A stretch of DNA of 64,000 nt, taken from contig OW569378.1 in assembly GCA_937625935.1 (NCBI GenBank), positions 186,001 to 250,000 of the forward strand. The letters are read 5' to 3'. Every line of letters begins with the position of its first letter. Within the stretch, counting starts at the first letter, position 1. Both the position numbers and the translations under genes were made by a program. Of this stretch, positions 31,451-43,124 are shown piece by piece. The DNA comes from Tetramitus jugosus. Lineage: Eukaryota; Protista; Heterolobosea. The notes beneath the pieces are model-generated. The model had not been told where the DNA came from. It did no database searches and saw nothing but the letters and a program-made list of their open reading frames with translations.

Positions 31451-33991
31451 ATGAGTAGCAACAATTCGAGAAGATCTCAATCCCCGTCTTCTCTCGTTGG
31501 AAAGAGACGAACGACTACCACAACTGCAGCAAGCAACAACTATCGACCACTTCACAGCACTGGCATGAGCAACCTTCCTATCCATCACTCATCGAGCAAT
31601 AGTAGCTCCACTTTTATTCACAACACATCCAACACGAGTAATAATAGTAGTAATAGTAGTACCAACTCATCCATACCAAAAGCTCCATCATGGCTCAACG
31701 ACCGTGTCTACATGAACCATTCCTATTTGACAAGCAACAATAACAACAAGACAAGTCATGAACCAATCTCCATTCAACAACAACAGCAACAACAAATGGC
31801 TCATTCATTGCCTACCAAGGTGCAAGAGCTCGTTCTGATTGATGAGTTATTGTCAGCAATGGTTGGATTCGAGGGCAAGTACATTTCCTTTACGAGAAAG
31901 TCATTGACGAGTGAAAATGGTCATTCACCATCATCATCATCATCACTTGTCTTTACTCAACACTCACCAAGCAGTCCTAGTAGTAGTAGTAGTAGTTCGA
32001 CGGTGCCTGCCCATGTAGGCCACAATACCTTTGCATCATCGTTTCATTTTGGATCAAACAATCAGCAACAACAATCAAAGTCCAATACGTCTGCTGAGAC
32101 AATCTTGGAAGAGTTTTGTTTGAGACCTGGAGTATGGGAACCATCTCTCTCCTATCTTGTTCAGAGGATATTGCCTATATGCAACAAGTATATATCGATT
32201 AGTGCGTTTGTACAGAGTCGTGATTCTTCATATGAATATGGATTGGTCTCTCAAGCATTTGTTGCATCGGTGAAGATATTGATACAAGAATATTTGGTGT
32301 TTGTAGCTCAACTGGAGTCTCTGTTCCATAAGCAAAACTTAACATTGCAACAAATTTGGTTTCATGTGCAACAACCGCTCAGAACATTGACAACTATTGA
32401 AACATTGACAAAAGAAATATGGCAATCTAGGGCAAAAGGAGGGAAACTATTGACAATTATACACAGATTGTCATTGATCATGGCAGGAGATGCTGAAACA
32501 CAAAAGTTATTCCAATTCATGCTTGAAAAGGCTTGTGCTCCGTTCTTCACCATGGTCAATGACTGGGTTTATGGTGGGCTCCTAGATGACTCGTTTGGAG
32601 AATTCATGATTTGCTACAATCAGCCTTCTTCTGATGTAGATAATGACTCTGCTGCCGAATATTGGCGAAGGAGATTCACGATACGGAAGGAGCAAGTTCC
32701 AGATTTTCTCAGCGAGTCTCTGAACACAAAGATTCTTCACTGTGGCAAGTATTTGAATGTGTTGAGGTGTGGGCAATCTGAAACTACGCCACACATTACA
32801 ACTCAAGCTAAGCTCAGCAACTTGTCCAAGGCAGACAAGATTGATTACACAAGTCATAAGCGCGAATATGTGACAAAGATTGAATCGGCATATGCATCAG
32901 CTAGCAAGCAACTCTTAACCAATATCCTCCAAGAGAGTAAGCTCATGGATCTATTGAACAGCATGCGAGACATATTTTTGTTTAAGAAGGGAGACTTCTT
33001 TGTGCACTTTATTGATAACGCAGAGGCTGAACTCTCGAAGAAAGTGAATGTAATTATACCATCTAAGATACAATCGTTCCTCGAATTAAGCTTGAGGAGC
33101 TCTTCAGTGAAGGATGTAGTTGGGTTGACTGCAGAACTATCGAACCTCCCTATTGCTAGCTATCTAGACTTGCTTACTCGTTCGGATTCAACTTCTCCCT
33201 CCTCACCGAGTATCAAGGAAGCTTTTCTTTTGAACGGTATTGATGCATTTACAATTCGTCCAGCAGTTCCATTCCCATTATCAATTGTTGTGAACAACAG
33301 CAATGTACTCAAGTATCAACTGCTGTTCCGGCATCTGTTCCAATGTAAAGTCGTCGAGAGAGGATTATTGAAAGCATGGATAGAGCACAAGTACTGCAAG
33401 GAGTTCTCACTAGGTAACACAATAGCTCCTATCTATCGTCTGAGACAACGAATGTTGCATTTTGTTCGAGAGCTCTTGTTCTTCTCATTTTGTGAGCTTG
33501 AGAAGAATTTTGTGTTAATGCAGAAGCAAATCCAACAAGCGGAGACATTGGACGATATTATAACACTTCACCAGAAATTCCTGGACGGATGCCTCACTGT
33601 GTCTATGCTCACACTTCACAAACCCTATAGAGCTCTCAGTCAAGTGCTCACTGTCTGCAAAATATTCTCTGAATTTATGACTCAATTCACGGCTGGACTG
33701 ACGCTCGATGAAGATGACAACGAATATGATTCTCTGAGCAAGAAGAGAGCCATGTCCAATGTTTCCACAACAGCCGAAGTTCTGGCGAAACGAAGGACCC
33801 AAATCAAGGTGATATCGGAGCATGCACGCCAAAATGCCCTCTCCCAGATTCACATCAATAGCATTGCTAGATTTACAAACAACTTTGAGGAGAGCTTCCA
33901 ATTATTGACCGACTCACTCAAGGTCAGTGGAGGTACAGAAGCAAATCAACTCGCCACTCACTTTGAACAAATTTTTTCCCTGTCGAGATAA
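31451..33991 (+). CDS. TUBGCP2: Gamma-tubulin complex component 2 (Spc97/GCP2)
   Basis: QE..LIDELL..MVGFEGKYI, EYGLV.QAF, W.Y.G.LDD.FGEFMI, KIL.CGKYLNV, GDFFVHF.D.AE.EL.K, YQLLFRHLF.CK.VER, LRQRMLHF. Confidence 0.9.
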   Translation: MSSNNSRRSQSPSSLVGKRRTTTTTAASNNYRPLHSTGMSNLPIHHSSSNSSSTFIHNTSNTSNNSSNSSTNSSIPKAPSWLNDRVYMNHSYLTSNNNNKTSHEPISIQQQQQQQMAHSLPTKVQELVLIDELLSAMVGFEGKYISFTRKSLTSENGHSPSSSSSLVFTQHSPSSPSSSSSSSTVPAHVGHNTFASSFHFGSNNQQQQSKSNTSAETILEEFCLRPGVWEPSLSYLVQRILPICNKYISISAFVQSRDSSYEYGLVSQAFVASVKILIQEYLVFVAQLESLFHKQNLTLQQIWFHVQQPLRTLTTIETLTKEIWQSRAKGGKLLTIIHRLSLIMAGDAETQKLFQFMLEKACAPFFTMVNDWVYGGLLDDSFGEFMICYNQPSSDVDNDSAAEYWRRRFTIRKEQVPDFLSESLNTKILHCGKYLNVLRCGQSETTPHITTQAKLSNLSKADKIDYTSHKREYVTKIESAYASASKQLLTNILQESKLMDLLNSMRDIFLFKKGDFFVHFIDNAEAELSKKVNVIIPSKIQSFLELSLRSSSVKDVVGLTAELSNLPIASYLDLLTRSDSTSPSSPSIKEAFLLNGIDAFTIRPAVPFPLSIVVNNSNVLKYQLLFRHLFQCKVVERGLLKAWIEHKYCKEFSLGNTIAPIYRLRQRMLHFVRELLFFSFCELEKNFVLMQKQIQQAETLDDIITLHQKFLDGCLTVSMLTLHKPYRALSQVLTVCKIFSEFMTQFTAGLTLDEDDNEYDSLSKKRAMSNVSTTAEVLAKRRTQIKVISEHARQNALSQIHINSIARFTNNFEESFQLLTDSLKVSGGTEANQLATHFEQIFSLSR

Positions 33992-34186
33992 ACCAACTTC
34001 CCACCACTCAATTGTATTCGCAAGAAAATATTCTCCTCTTTGTTCCTGACAAAAAAAACTCAAACAGCAAAACACAATACGAAAAAGCAACGAAAACTAA
34101 CAACAACCATCAAACTCATCATCATCTTTGGAAACTTCTTCCCTAAATTACTGTAATCATTCACTCAAATCAAAATCTCACCAAAA

Positions 34187-35244
34187 ATGAACATTCCAAC
34201 AGGCATGACCCTACCACAACAACAGCAACAACAACAAGCCAATAATCCATCAACAACATCACCCAACACTGGCGTCAGCAATCCCACTGGTGCAACCAAC
34301 AACAATCCATCAGGCAACACCAATCCCAACACGAACACTGTCGGTGGCAATGTAACACCCACACTCAACAACAATCCACAACAACATCAACAAACCATTG
34401 TCAATTCAGATCTAGTTCAAAGAGTATGTGATTACTTGTTTTTTTCTGTTTTTCCTTGTGTGATGTTCGAGTCAAAAAAGCTAACACACAAACACACACA
34501 CATGCTATCATTGTCACATCCATCTATCGCACCACCGCACACCAGTACTTGAATGAGAATCAAATGTTGATTTCTGCGATTATCGAGAGACAAAAACAGG
34601 GCAAATATCAAGAGTGTGAAGCGTTTCAGAACAAATTACAATTAAACCTTGTTTATTTGGCAACGTTGGCCGATTATCAACCCAATAGCAATATGCCTCC
34701 ACCGAATCCACCTGGTCTCATTGCTCAGAATGTTGCCATGATGAACCCTCAACAACAACAACAGCAACAACTACAACTACAACAGCAACAGTCACTCCAA
34801 CAACAACAACAACAGCCAATGCAACAACAACCACAACAACAGATGACAGCTGAACAACAACAACAACCGCAACAACAACAACAACCAATGGCACAAATGC
34901 CCATGATGAACGCTGGTATGATGCACGGTGGAATGATGTATGGCATGCCAATGAATCTAGTTCAGAATCCTGCAGCAACGAACGCCGGAGGAGTTTCGAC
35001 TACACCGACATTGGGCAGCACACCAACACCTGCTCAATCACAACAACAACCACAACCACAGCCTACTGGACAGCAAGTTGTTCAAGGTATGGCGCCACAA
35101 TCGTTTATGAATCCCCAGTTACAGTACGCACTCATGAATAATCCATCCATAACTCCGGCCATGTTCCTCCACATGCAACAACAACATCAAGCACAGCAGC
35201 AGGCACAACAACAATCTCAACAGCAACAACAGTTGCACCAATAA
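34187..35244 (+). CDS. SS18/GIF family (SSXT/SNH domain) coactivator with Q/M/P-rich tail, 2 exons
   Basis: Exons 34187-34423 and 34546-35244 (intron GTATGT..GCTAAC..CAG); joined LVQRYLNENQMLISAII..Q..GK..EC..FQ.KLQ.NLVYLATLAD is the SSXT signature. Confidence 0.85.
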
Positions 35245-35421
35245 AATTGAGCATTCTGTAAATAACACACTTGTGTGCAAGTCCTCTGACAGTTTGTTCA
35301 GAACTTGGCACACAACAGAAAACAAAGATCAAATGTTCGACAATAAGGTTTTTGTTTTTATCATATACAATTGTACAATAGAAAAAGCGAGGATATGTTT
35401 GTTTCAACAAGAGATGTTGGT

Positions 35422-36186
35422 TCACTCATCACCAGATGTTGTAGAAGCTCCTCCCTTCTTCTTTGCTTCTTCTTCTTCCTTCTTCTCCTTTTCAATTTCT
35501 TGAACATAAGCGTCCACATCAGTGTCGCTCAAGAATGTCAAATCAGACTTGTACTTGACAACAGCAACCTCAACGTTCTTGCTTCCACTCTCCACAACTT
35601 CCAACAGGGCCTTCACAGCCAATTTGACAGTTGCATTCTCGTCCATACTCTCTTCAAAGTGCTTCTCCAAGAATTCTCTCACAGTTTTCGAGTTTCTTCC
35701 ACAAGTGTTACTCTTCCATGCAGAGAATGTTCCTGATGGATCTGTTTGATATAATTGAGGCGTGCCATCAGTGTCGAATCCAGCAATCAATGTGCTGATA
35801 CCAAATGGACGAACACCACCAGATTGAGTGTATCGTTGTTGTACTTGTGCAATATATCTGGTAATGTAATCGACGCTGACACGATCTTCGAATTGGAGAC
35901 TGTAGCTCTGAGCCTCTGTTCTTGCCTTATTGATTAGCACTCTGGCATCGGCCGTCAATCCAGCAAATGCCAATGCAATGTGATCATCAACCTTTACAAT
36001 TTTTCTAACAGTTCTTGTCTCTTGTAGCTTAGCAGCAGTTTTTCTTTCAACGGCCAAAACGACACAGTCCTTGCCTCTGACACCGACGGCTGTAGATCCC
36101 TTACGCACAGCTTCTAGGGCGTATTCGACTTGAAACAAGTGTCCGTTTGGTGAGAAAACTGTGATGGCGCGATCGTATCTTGACAT
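35422..36186 (-). CDS. PSMA7: 20S proteasome alpha-4 subunit
   Basis: [48 protein letters not shown]. Confidence 0.95.
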   Translation of the reverse strand: MSRYDRAITVFSPNGHLFQVEYALEAVRKGSTAVGVRGKDCVVLAVERKTAAKLQETRTVRKIVKVDDHIALAFAGLTADARVLINKARTEAQSYSLQFEDRVSVDYITRYIAQVQQRYTQSGGVRPFGISTLIAGFDTDGTPQLYQTDPSGTFSAWKSNTCGRNSKTVREFLEKHFEESMDENATVKLAVKALLEVVESGSKNVEVAVVKYKSDLTFLSDTDVDAYVQEIEKEKKEEEEAKKKGGASTTSGDE

Positions 36187-36735
36187 GATGATATTAATGT
36201 GATGTTGTTGTTATGATGTTGTTTTTGGTGATACAAATATAAAGGTGATCTTCTGCGAGGCGCTGTGATAAGGGTATATCTATCGATGCAAATGAACACT
36301 CAGCTGTCTAGATGGTTTACTTTGTTTTTCTCTGAATGGAGGAAATTTGTTTTTGTTTGCGTTTTTGGATCAAACTATTATTTTTAGACTGAGTCCTACG
36401 CCGATTACAAATTTTTTGCTTTACAATATCGAGTGAGCGCAAAACCTTGATCAAAGCGACACAGATATCTGGGAGGCTATAGAAACACAGATATATGACG
36501 ATATGTCTGAGACAGATATCATCATTATTTTCAAATGCTCTTAAGTTGAATGAATTGTGCATAATTACTCCGAGAAATATCGCCACTTTTCTTCGAGCCG
36601 GCACAAGAAGTATTGAAGAGCTCACCCGCCAACTACTCGAAAAAAAACAAGCAAGCACCACAATATCATCCTCTTCTCATACCTCATACACAACCAGTTG
36701 TTGGCACATCACCACGAGATATCAACACAAACAAC

Positions 36736-37858
36736 ATGAATATGAGCAGAACATCATCCTCACAACCACAAAAAGACCTGTATGTCTACAAGGCACCATG
36801 GACCATTTTCGGCACAGCATGGAGCGAAAGAAAAGATCAACCCTTTCGTTTAGCTCTCGGAAGTTTTATTGAAGAATATGCAAACAAGGTGTCTATCGTG
36901 CAATTGAACGAACAGTCCAATGAATTTAAACATGTGACCACGTTCGAGCATCCTTATCCAACAACAAAGATCCAATGGTATCCATCGAGTGCAACAACTG
37001 CATCTGATTTGTTGGTTACCAGTGGAGATTATTTGAGATTGTATCAAGTGCAGGAAACAAGTGTTGTGAAGCAATCTGTTTTCAACAATGTATGTGCTTA
37101 TGATGATTTTGTTAATCTTGTTGTTTGCTATGAGAGATTTTTGTACTGACACCAAAAAACGTGCAATTGATCGCTATAACAATGATCATTATATACTACT
37201 TACTTCTCAGAATACCAACTCTGAGTATTGCGCACCATTGACATCGTTTGATTGGAATCGAAGTGAACCATCTATTATTGGAACGAGCAGCATTGATACT
37301 ACTTGCACCATTTGGGATGTGACTACTGCGAGAACCATTACGCAACTCATTGCGCATGATAAGGAAGTGTATGATATCGCCTTTGCGAAAAATAAGGACG
37401 TGTTTGCGTCTGTGGGAGCAGACGGAAGCATGCGTATGTTTGATTTGAGAAATTTGGAGCATTCGACAATTTTATACGAAACACCAGACAACTCTCCATT
37501 GTTGCGATTGAGTTGGAACAAGAAGGATCCAAACTATTTGGCCACGTTTGCCATGGACTCCAAAGTGGTCACCATTCTCGATATTCGTGTTCCATCATTG
37601 CCCGTAGCACAATTGAAGTCACACACTGACTCTATTAACAGTATGGCATGGGCTCCACACTCTTCTTGCCACATTATCACCGCGTCTGACGATTGCCGGG
37701 CCATGGTATGGGATCTGTCCAACATTCCTCAGAATATTGACGAACCAATATTGGCCTATAATGCAAAGGGCGAGATTAATCAAGTACAGTGGAGCATGGA
37801 ACAGATGGATTGGGTTGCACTGACTCACAATTCAACACTCGAAGTCCTCAGAGTGTAA
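36736..37858 (+). CDS. DCAF7: WDR68/DCAF7 (Han11/TTG1-like) WD40 scaffold, 2 exons
   Basis: Exons 36736-37089 and 37211-37858 (intron GTATGT..CAG); FRLALGSFIEEY.N.V, HPYPTTKI, CAPLTSFDWN, TQLIAHDKEVYDIAF, FDLR.LEHSTI.YE. Confidence 0.93.
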
Positions 37859-37939
37859 GCATGGCCATGGTCTTTTCACATCGGAATTTTACTACCATCG
37901 GACAAATTTCCTTGTTGTTCGAACTCATTGAACCTGTTC

Positions 37940-37990
37940 AAAAATTTTCACGCAAGCCACCCAAAACTAGAAGTAAAAAAAAAATTTCAC
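37940..37990 (+). promoter_or_regulatory. RRPE-like elements (AAAAATTTTCAC; AAAATTTCAC) upstream of UTP7
   Basis: Identical 12-mer to the one upstream of NOC2. Confidence 0.45.
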
Positions 37991-38033
37991 AACAACAAAC
38001 AACAACGAATAATTCATCCATCAATCAACAAAC

Positions 38034-40325
38034 ATGCCTCGTGTTCAAGAATCATCCACAACGCGAGCTCCCCTACCGGAAGATGTCAAACGCCGTCGTC
38101 GTAACACTACCGACGACAACACTGCAAAACCTCAGCACTACACACTATTGGACGATGTGGACAAGCAAAATGCAATGAACACGATTCAACAAAAAAAGGA
38201 GGCCAAACAACAAGAGGAACAAGAGACAAGAGAGCAAAAGAAGCGTGAAAGACAACAAATTGCTCAATCAGAGCCCATTTTTAAGCCTAATTTAAGAAAC
38301 AACAAGTCCTATAAGCAATTGGTCAAAATGAACAAGAAGATTCAACAGTCCAATCACTACACTCGTCCAAAGTTTCAACTATCGAAAAAAAATCAAGGTT
38401 ATTATCAAGTGGTGAGCAACAAGAGAAATAAGGCTGAAAATGTGAGAAGAGCAATGATGGACGACAGGGATATTGCCATGGCAGAGATGAAGCTGTTGGA
38501 GACTGAAGTGTTGAGAAATGTGCATGTGCCAAGCGGAATTGAGCTCGATGAGAGTGATGATGTGTTTTCGAGCACTGATCAAATCACTCAGAATGATCTC
38601 ATTGAAAACTCTGATCTCAATGCACAAAAGAAGGTGTTTGATCTGTTGTTGGACAAATCATCGACAAGTAACTCGAAGAAGGGACCCTATCAAGTACAGT
38701 ACACTTCGAGTGGAAGAGGTGTGTTGATTGGTGGACACGGAGGTCACATTTCTGCACTCAAATGGAATCAATTCGAGTTGATGCATGAAGTAGACACGGA
38801 ACAACCCATTTATGCGATGCAGTGGATGATGGACGATAGCATGTACGCTGTTGCACAACAATTGAGAACCTATGTGTTCAATGACAAGGGTGTCGAAATT
38901 CACTCCATGCACGATTTTTACAAGGTGAGATATTTGAGTTATCTGCCGTTCCATTTCCTGCTGGTTGGTGCCACCAAAGACACCAATGTCATCTACAAGG
39001 ACATTTCAATTGGTAAGAATGTGGCCAATATTCAATTGGACCCTACTCATTGCATGACACCAAATCATTACAATGCAGTCATGTGCGTCGGTCACTCCAA
39101 TGGTCAAGTATCCATGGTTACTCCACGTGATCACAACAAGAAACCTGTTGTTTCCATGTTTTGTCATCAAGGTCCAGTCAAGCACATTGCAGTTGATCCA
39201 TCAGGTCAATTCATGGTTACTGCATCCATGGACAACACAGCCAAGGTGTGGGACATTCGGAAAACTTATCAACCACTCTCCATGATTGATATTCCAAGCA
39301 CTGTTTCAGCGCTCACCATATCTCAAACTGGAATGACTGCTATAGGATATGACGACTGTGTTGTCATATGGAAACATGCCACTCATTTGAACAGAAGAGC
39401 CTACATGAAGCACAAGGTGCCTATTGGTAATGTGCGGAGTTTGGACTTTTGTCCATATGAGGATGTGTTGGGTATTGGTCATACCAAGGGCTTTAGCAGC
39501 ATATTGATCCCTGGAAGTGGTCAACAGAATTATGACTCTCGATTGCCTAATCCATACTCGACTGAAAAGCAAATCAAGGACTACAATGTCAAGTCTCTGT
39601 TGGAAAAGATTCCTTCCGATATGATCACATTGAATCCTCATGTCATTGGTACATCTGGTCAATTGGAAAAGACACAGGCATACTCTGAGAATGTTGAGAT
39701 GACTGAAGACTTGAAATCTGAGATGGAAAAGATTGGTGTTCACAATCCGGACGAACAGGTAGCAAAGAGAAAGAAGTTGCACGATTCAAGAGATGAGTTG
39801 CGCGATGAGTTGTACAAGAAGAATGATGAACTCAAGGCATCTGTGTCAGAGAACTGGTGGGAGGACAAGAAGCCTAGTGCACTCGACCGATTTGCATCAC
39901 TCCAGAAGAGAAAGGCGAAGAATGATGACGCTGAGGATGAAGATGAAGAGAGCGACAATGAAGAAGGTTCTGACAGTGAGAATGACGAGATGGAGGACTT
40001 GGAGAGACAAGAAAGAGAAGCCCTTAAGTTTATGGTTGACTCGGACGACGAAGATGAACTCAAGAACAAAGCTTTCCAATCACGGACAGACAGCGATGAT
40101 GAAAGTGATGATGAAGAATCTGATGACAGTGATGATGAAGACAATGACGCTAATTTACTAGGAGACTTTGCCCAATCCGATGACGACAATGAGACATCAT
40201 CTGACAAGGAAAGCTCCTCCGATTCGAGTGATGAGGATGACAATGACTCCTCGTCCGATGATGATTCATCAGATGACGATGAAGCAAGTGGAGACAGTGG
40301 AATCGTTGATCCATTCGATGAATAA
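38034..40325 (+). CDS. UTP7: U3 snoRNP component Utp7/WDR46 (WD40 + BING4CT)
   Basis: GPY..Y...GR, YLPFHFLLV, GHSNG.V, FCPYEDVLGIGH..GFSSILIPGSG..NYD, V.SLLEKIP.DMI.L.P; acidic tail. Confidence 0.9.
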   Translation: MPRVQESSTTRAPLPEDVKRRRRNTTDDNTAKPQHYTLLDDVDKQNAMNTIQQKKEAKQQEEQETREQKKRERQQIAQSEPIFKPNLRNNKSYKQLVKMNKKIQQSNHYTRPKFQLSKKNQGYYQVVSNKRNKAENVRRAMMDDRDIAMAEMKLLETEVLRNVHVPSGIELDESDDVFSSTDQITQNDLIENSDLNAQKKVFDLLLDKSSTSNSKKGPYQVQYTSSGRGVLIGGHGGHISALKWNQFELMHEVDTEQPIYAMQWMMDDSMYAVAQQLRTYVFNDKGVEIHSMHDFYKVRYLSYLPFHFLLVGATKDTNVIYKDISIGKNVANIQLDPTHCMTPNHYNAVMCVGHSNGQVSMVTPRDHNKKPVVSMFCHQGPVKHIAVDPSGQFMVTASMDNTAKVWDIRKTYQPLSMIDIPSTVSALTISQTGMTAIGYDDCVVIWKHATHLNRRAYMKHKVPIGNVRSLDFCPYEDVLGIGHTKGFSSILIPGSGQQNYDSRLPNPYSTEKQIKDYNVKSLLEKIPSDMITLNPHVIGTSGQLEKTQAYSENVEMTEDLKSEMEKIGVHNPDEQVAKRKKLHDSRDELRDELYKKNDELKASVSENWWEDKKPSALDRFASLQKRKAKNDDAEDEDEESDNEEGSDSENDEMEDLERQEREALKFMVDSDDEDELKNKAFQSRTDSDDESDDEESDDSDDEDNDANLLGDFAQSDDDNETSSDKESSSDSSDEDDNDSSSDDDSSDDDEASGDSGIVDPFDE

Positions 40326-40427
40326 ATAATAAAATAATCCAAGTATCCATAAAAACAACTTGTTGTTCTTGTGACTTTGCGACGTTTCGTGTGCTATCTT
40401 TCAATCTCATGTACGCGATCTAACTAT

Positions 40428-41462
40428 CTAACTACTGCCAAGTGCTCTTCCCTGGCCTGCATTGTTCCAATAGTTGGCATCTTGATCATTGGGGCTGCGA
40501 TTGGAAGTACCACCAACACCCTGTGCCGCCGCACTCTGATTTGTTTCAGGTGATGATGACAGAGGTAAGTAGGACTGTGTTCCCGTCATGCGATCTCTCA
40601 ATCTCCTATATGAGTGCACAATGGAGTCTCTAAAGGATGCAATACCCGCTACAATAGACTGCACTGATATGTTACCACCACTCACATCTGCAATGTCAGA
40701 TGAAACATAAAATGATCGAATAAGCATGATTCGATTCGGCAGTTTCTTCTCAGTCCACACAATCATTGCATTGAACCATCCTCTGCCCAACACCAACCAC
40801 AGGAACAAATAACCGGACAATATACCGCACAAGTGACCCAAGAAACTGACACCAGGGAACAACAGTGACGTAAACAGCAACAGCACCCAAGGATACACCT
40901 GAGCCGATATTTGAAACGCACCAAACAAATTTCTGTCCCATGGATCATACTTTGTACTGATCACCATGTAAGCAAACAACACACCAGAGAAACCGACAGA
41001 GCAAGAAAAGACTCCAGAAGAGGCAAAAACAAGTGAAATCAATCGTTCCAACAACAGTTGAAGACCAGAGAGAAACAATGAACCAATCAACAGTGTACTG
41101 TACAAGAATCGAATCGTTCCCATCTTCACTTCCAACATGTAACCAATACTCAACAGTGCCATCATATTGAACGCAATATGAAACACATTCAAATGAAACA
41201 ATGGATAAGTCAACAGTCGATACAAGTGAGTAGGTGATAAAAAGTGATATTGAGTGTTGATGATGAGATTGTATTTGAAGCACACATCATAGACTTGTGG
41301 CCAATCAAACACACATTGAATGAGAAAGAGTGTGACGCATGTGAATAGGATGGAGCTTGTCAAGAGAGGTATGTTGACAATGTAGTTTTTGATGTGGTTT
41401 ATGAATGAGGGGGAGGATTGGTTCGAAGTTCCACCACTGCTGTAGGGATCAGTTTGGATCAT
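40428..41462 (-). CDS. Rhomboid-like intramembrane serine protease (RHBDD1/RHBDL4-type) with C-terminal SHP-like box
   Basis: YRLLTYPLFH...HIAFNM, CSVGFSGVLF (catalytic Ser), SFLGHLCG (catalytic His); C-terminal GQGRALG. Confidence 0.85.
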   Translation of the reverse strand: MIQTDPYSSGGTSNQSSPSFINHIKNYIVNIPLLTSSILFTCVTLFLIQCVFDWPQVYDVCFKYNLIINTQYHFLSPTHLYRLLTYPLFHLNVFHIAFNMMALLSIGYMLEVKMGTIRFLYSTLLIGSLFLSGLQLLLERLISLVFASSGVFSCSVGFSGVLFAYMVISTKYDPWDRNLFGAFQISAQVYPWVLLLFTSLLFPGVSFLGHLCGILSGYLFLWLVLGRGWFNAMIVWTEKKLPNRIMLIRSFYVSSDIADVSGGNISVQSIVAGIASFRDSIVHSYRRLRDRMTGTQSYLPLSSSPETNQSAAAQGVGGTSNRSPNDQDANYWNNAGQGRALGSS

Positions 41463-41839
41463 GATGAACGTAATTGAGGATCAATCAAGCCAGAGCTTTT
41501 CTCGTTTTTTATGAAGTGCGGTGGAGAATCTTTCTGGCCATTTTCAGACAGTGTAGGGAAAACAAGAACGATTTACGATTTTAGGGAAGTGCGGCAACTC
41601 CCTTCCAACTAGGCGCCTTCAAGACTAATAGAGACACAAAGTTTAAATCTGAGGAGGTTAAAGATTCTTCTTGTCAAGAGATGCATATCTCATTCACACA
41701 CACATCACAAACAGGCTTCGCTTCTCCAAGATAAATTGCCCGTTGAGCCCGCTGCGAAAGTCCCGGTTTCAGCAAAAGCTGAAAGAACAAAAACAAAAAA
41801 GCACAGAGCGAACATAACAACAACAAAAAAAAACAAGTC

Positions 41840-42643
41840 ATGTCGCAACAAAACATAGGAGAGGACGAATATGATTATCTGTACAAGAGTACGTCGACAA
41901 CAACAACCACTTTTTTTCACTGCCTTCAAACATCACAGTCAACTCAAACTAACTTACTTTTTTATGTGATATCCTTTTGTAATGTTGTAGTTGTGTTGAT
42001 AGGCGATAGCGGAGTCGGTAAAACCAACATTCTCTCAAGGTATACGCGCGATGAAATCAACATGAACAGTAAATCGACCATTGGTGTCGAGTTCTCCACC
42101 AAAATTGTCCGAACAAAGGACGGAAAATTAATCAAGGCTCAGATATGGGACACGGCAGGTCAGGAACGATACCGTGCCATTACAACAGCATATTATAGAG
42201 GTGCAGTGGGTGCATTGATGATTTATGATATCACTGCTCATCAGACATTTGATAGTTTGACGACAAGATGGATGGAAGAGATGCGGAATCATGCCTCTAG
42301 CAACATTGTGTTGCTCATGGTGGGAAACAAGTGTGATTTGGAGCATAATAGATCAGTTCAGACAGAACAAGCAAAGCAGTTTGCTCAGCAGAATGGATTA
42401 CCGTTTTTGGAGACGTCTGTTGTGGATGGAACGAATATTGAGAAGGCGTTCTTGTTGTTGATTGAGGAGATTTATCAGAGAAATCATTCTCCGTTCAATG
42501 GCAGTGGTGGTGGCGGTGGCGGTGGCGCTTCTACCACAACTGTCATTTCGAGTGCACCATTGCCCTCATCACAATTCACCAGTGTAGATTTGAATAAACC
42601 AAATCAGGAGCAACAGGAAACGCATAAGAAGGGTTGCTGTTGA
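41840..42643 (+). CDS. RAB11: Rab11-family GTPase, 2 exons
   Basis: Exons 41840-41888 and 41991-42643 (102-nt intron GTACGT..ACTAAC..TAG); joined [51 protein letters not shown]-terminal CC. Confidence 0.9.
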   Translation: MSQQNIGEDEYDYLYKSTSTTTTTFFHCLQTSQSTQTNLLFYVISFCNVVVVLIGDSGVGKTNILSRYTRDEINMNSKSTIGVEFSTKIVRTKDGKLIKAQIWDTAGQERYRAITTAYYRGAVGALMIYDITAHQTFDSLTTRWMEEMRNHASSNIVLLMVGNKCDLEHNRSVQTEQAKQFAQQNGLPFLETSVVDGTNIEKAFLLLIEEIYQRNHSPFNGSGGGGGGGASTTTVISSAPLPSSQFTSVDLNKPNQEQQETHKKGCC

Positions 42644-42755
42644 ATGCTATGATTTTTCATTTTAAGATTTATGTTTTTATGAATTCACATATGTTGCTCA
42701 TCTTTTGCGTCATTGTATTCTTCCAATACAACGAATTATGAATTAAGGAACCTTG

Positions 42756-43124
42756 TTAGATCCAAGCAAATATCTTACCACCGTTCCAGAATGGAATGAC
42801 ATGTCCTGGACTGATCAGAATGGCACTCCAACAATAAATGATGCCGGGAATCCACAAGAACAAACAACAGATTCCACAAATGACAAAACTGCTCAGGAGG
42901 AGCCAGGCTGAATGAAATTTGGATTTCTTTTCTTTGGCACATTCCGTGTAAATGTAGAGACTCAAAGCAATCGGAGGGGATATGATTGAGAAGAGAATGA
43001 ACAAAGCACCGAACACTTTGTCAGAGTTGTTAGACAACGAACTAGTCGCGAGAGTGATCAACTTTTGAGTTTCCTGTTTCATTTGTTTCAAGGAGAGTGT
43101 GATTAGACCAGTCAATAGAACCAT
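42756..43124 (-). CDS. Small membrane protein, Pmp3/YqaE (UPF0057)-like
   Basis: FSIISPPIAL...ICCLFLWIPGIIY resembles the Pmp3 PP...IPG pattern; first ATG 43124. Confidence 0.55.
   Translation of the reverse strand: MVLLTGLITLSLKQMKQETQKLITLATSSLSNNSDKVFGALFILFSIISPPIALSLYIYTECAKEKKSKFHSAWLLLSSFVICGICCLFLWIPGIIYCWSAILISPGHVIPFWNGGKIFAWI

Noticed and set aside
34749-34946. Poly-Cys ORF on the minus strand (metallothionein-like appearance)
   Set aside because: Antisense shadow of the CAA/CAG polyglutamine tract in the SS18/GIF gene
39740-40342. 200-aa Ser-rich minus-strand ORF
   Set aside because: Antisense shadow of the GAT/GAC-rich acidic tail of UTP7; the same applies to 26246-26557 and 57322-57579
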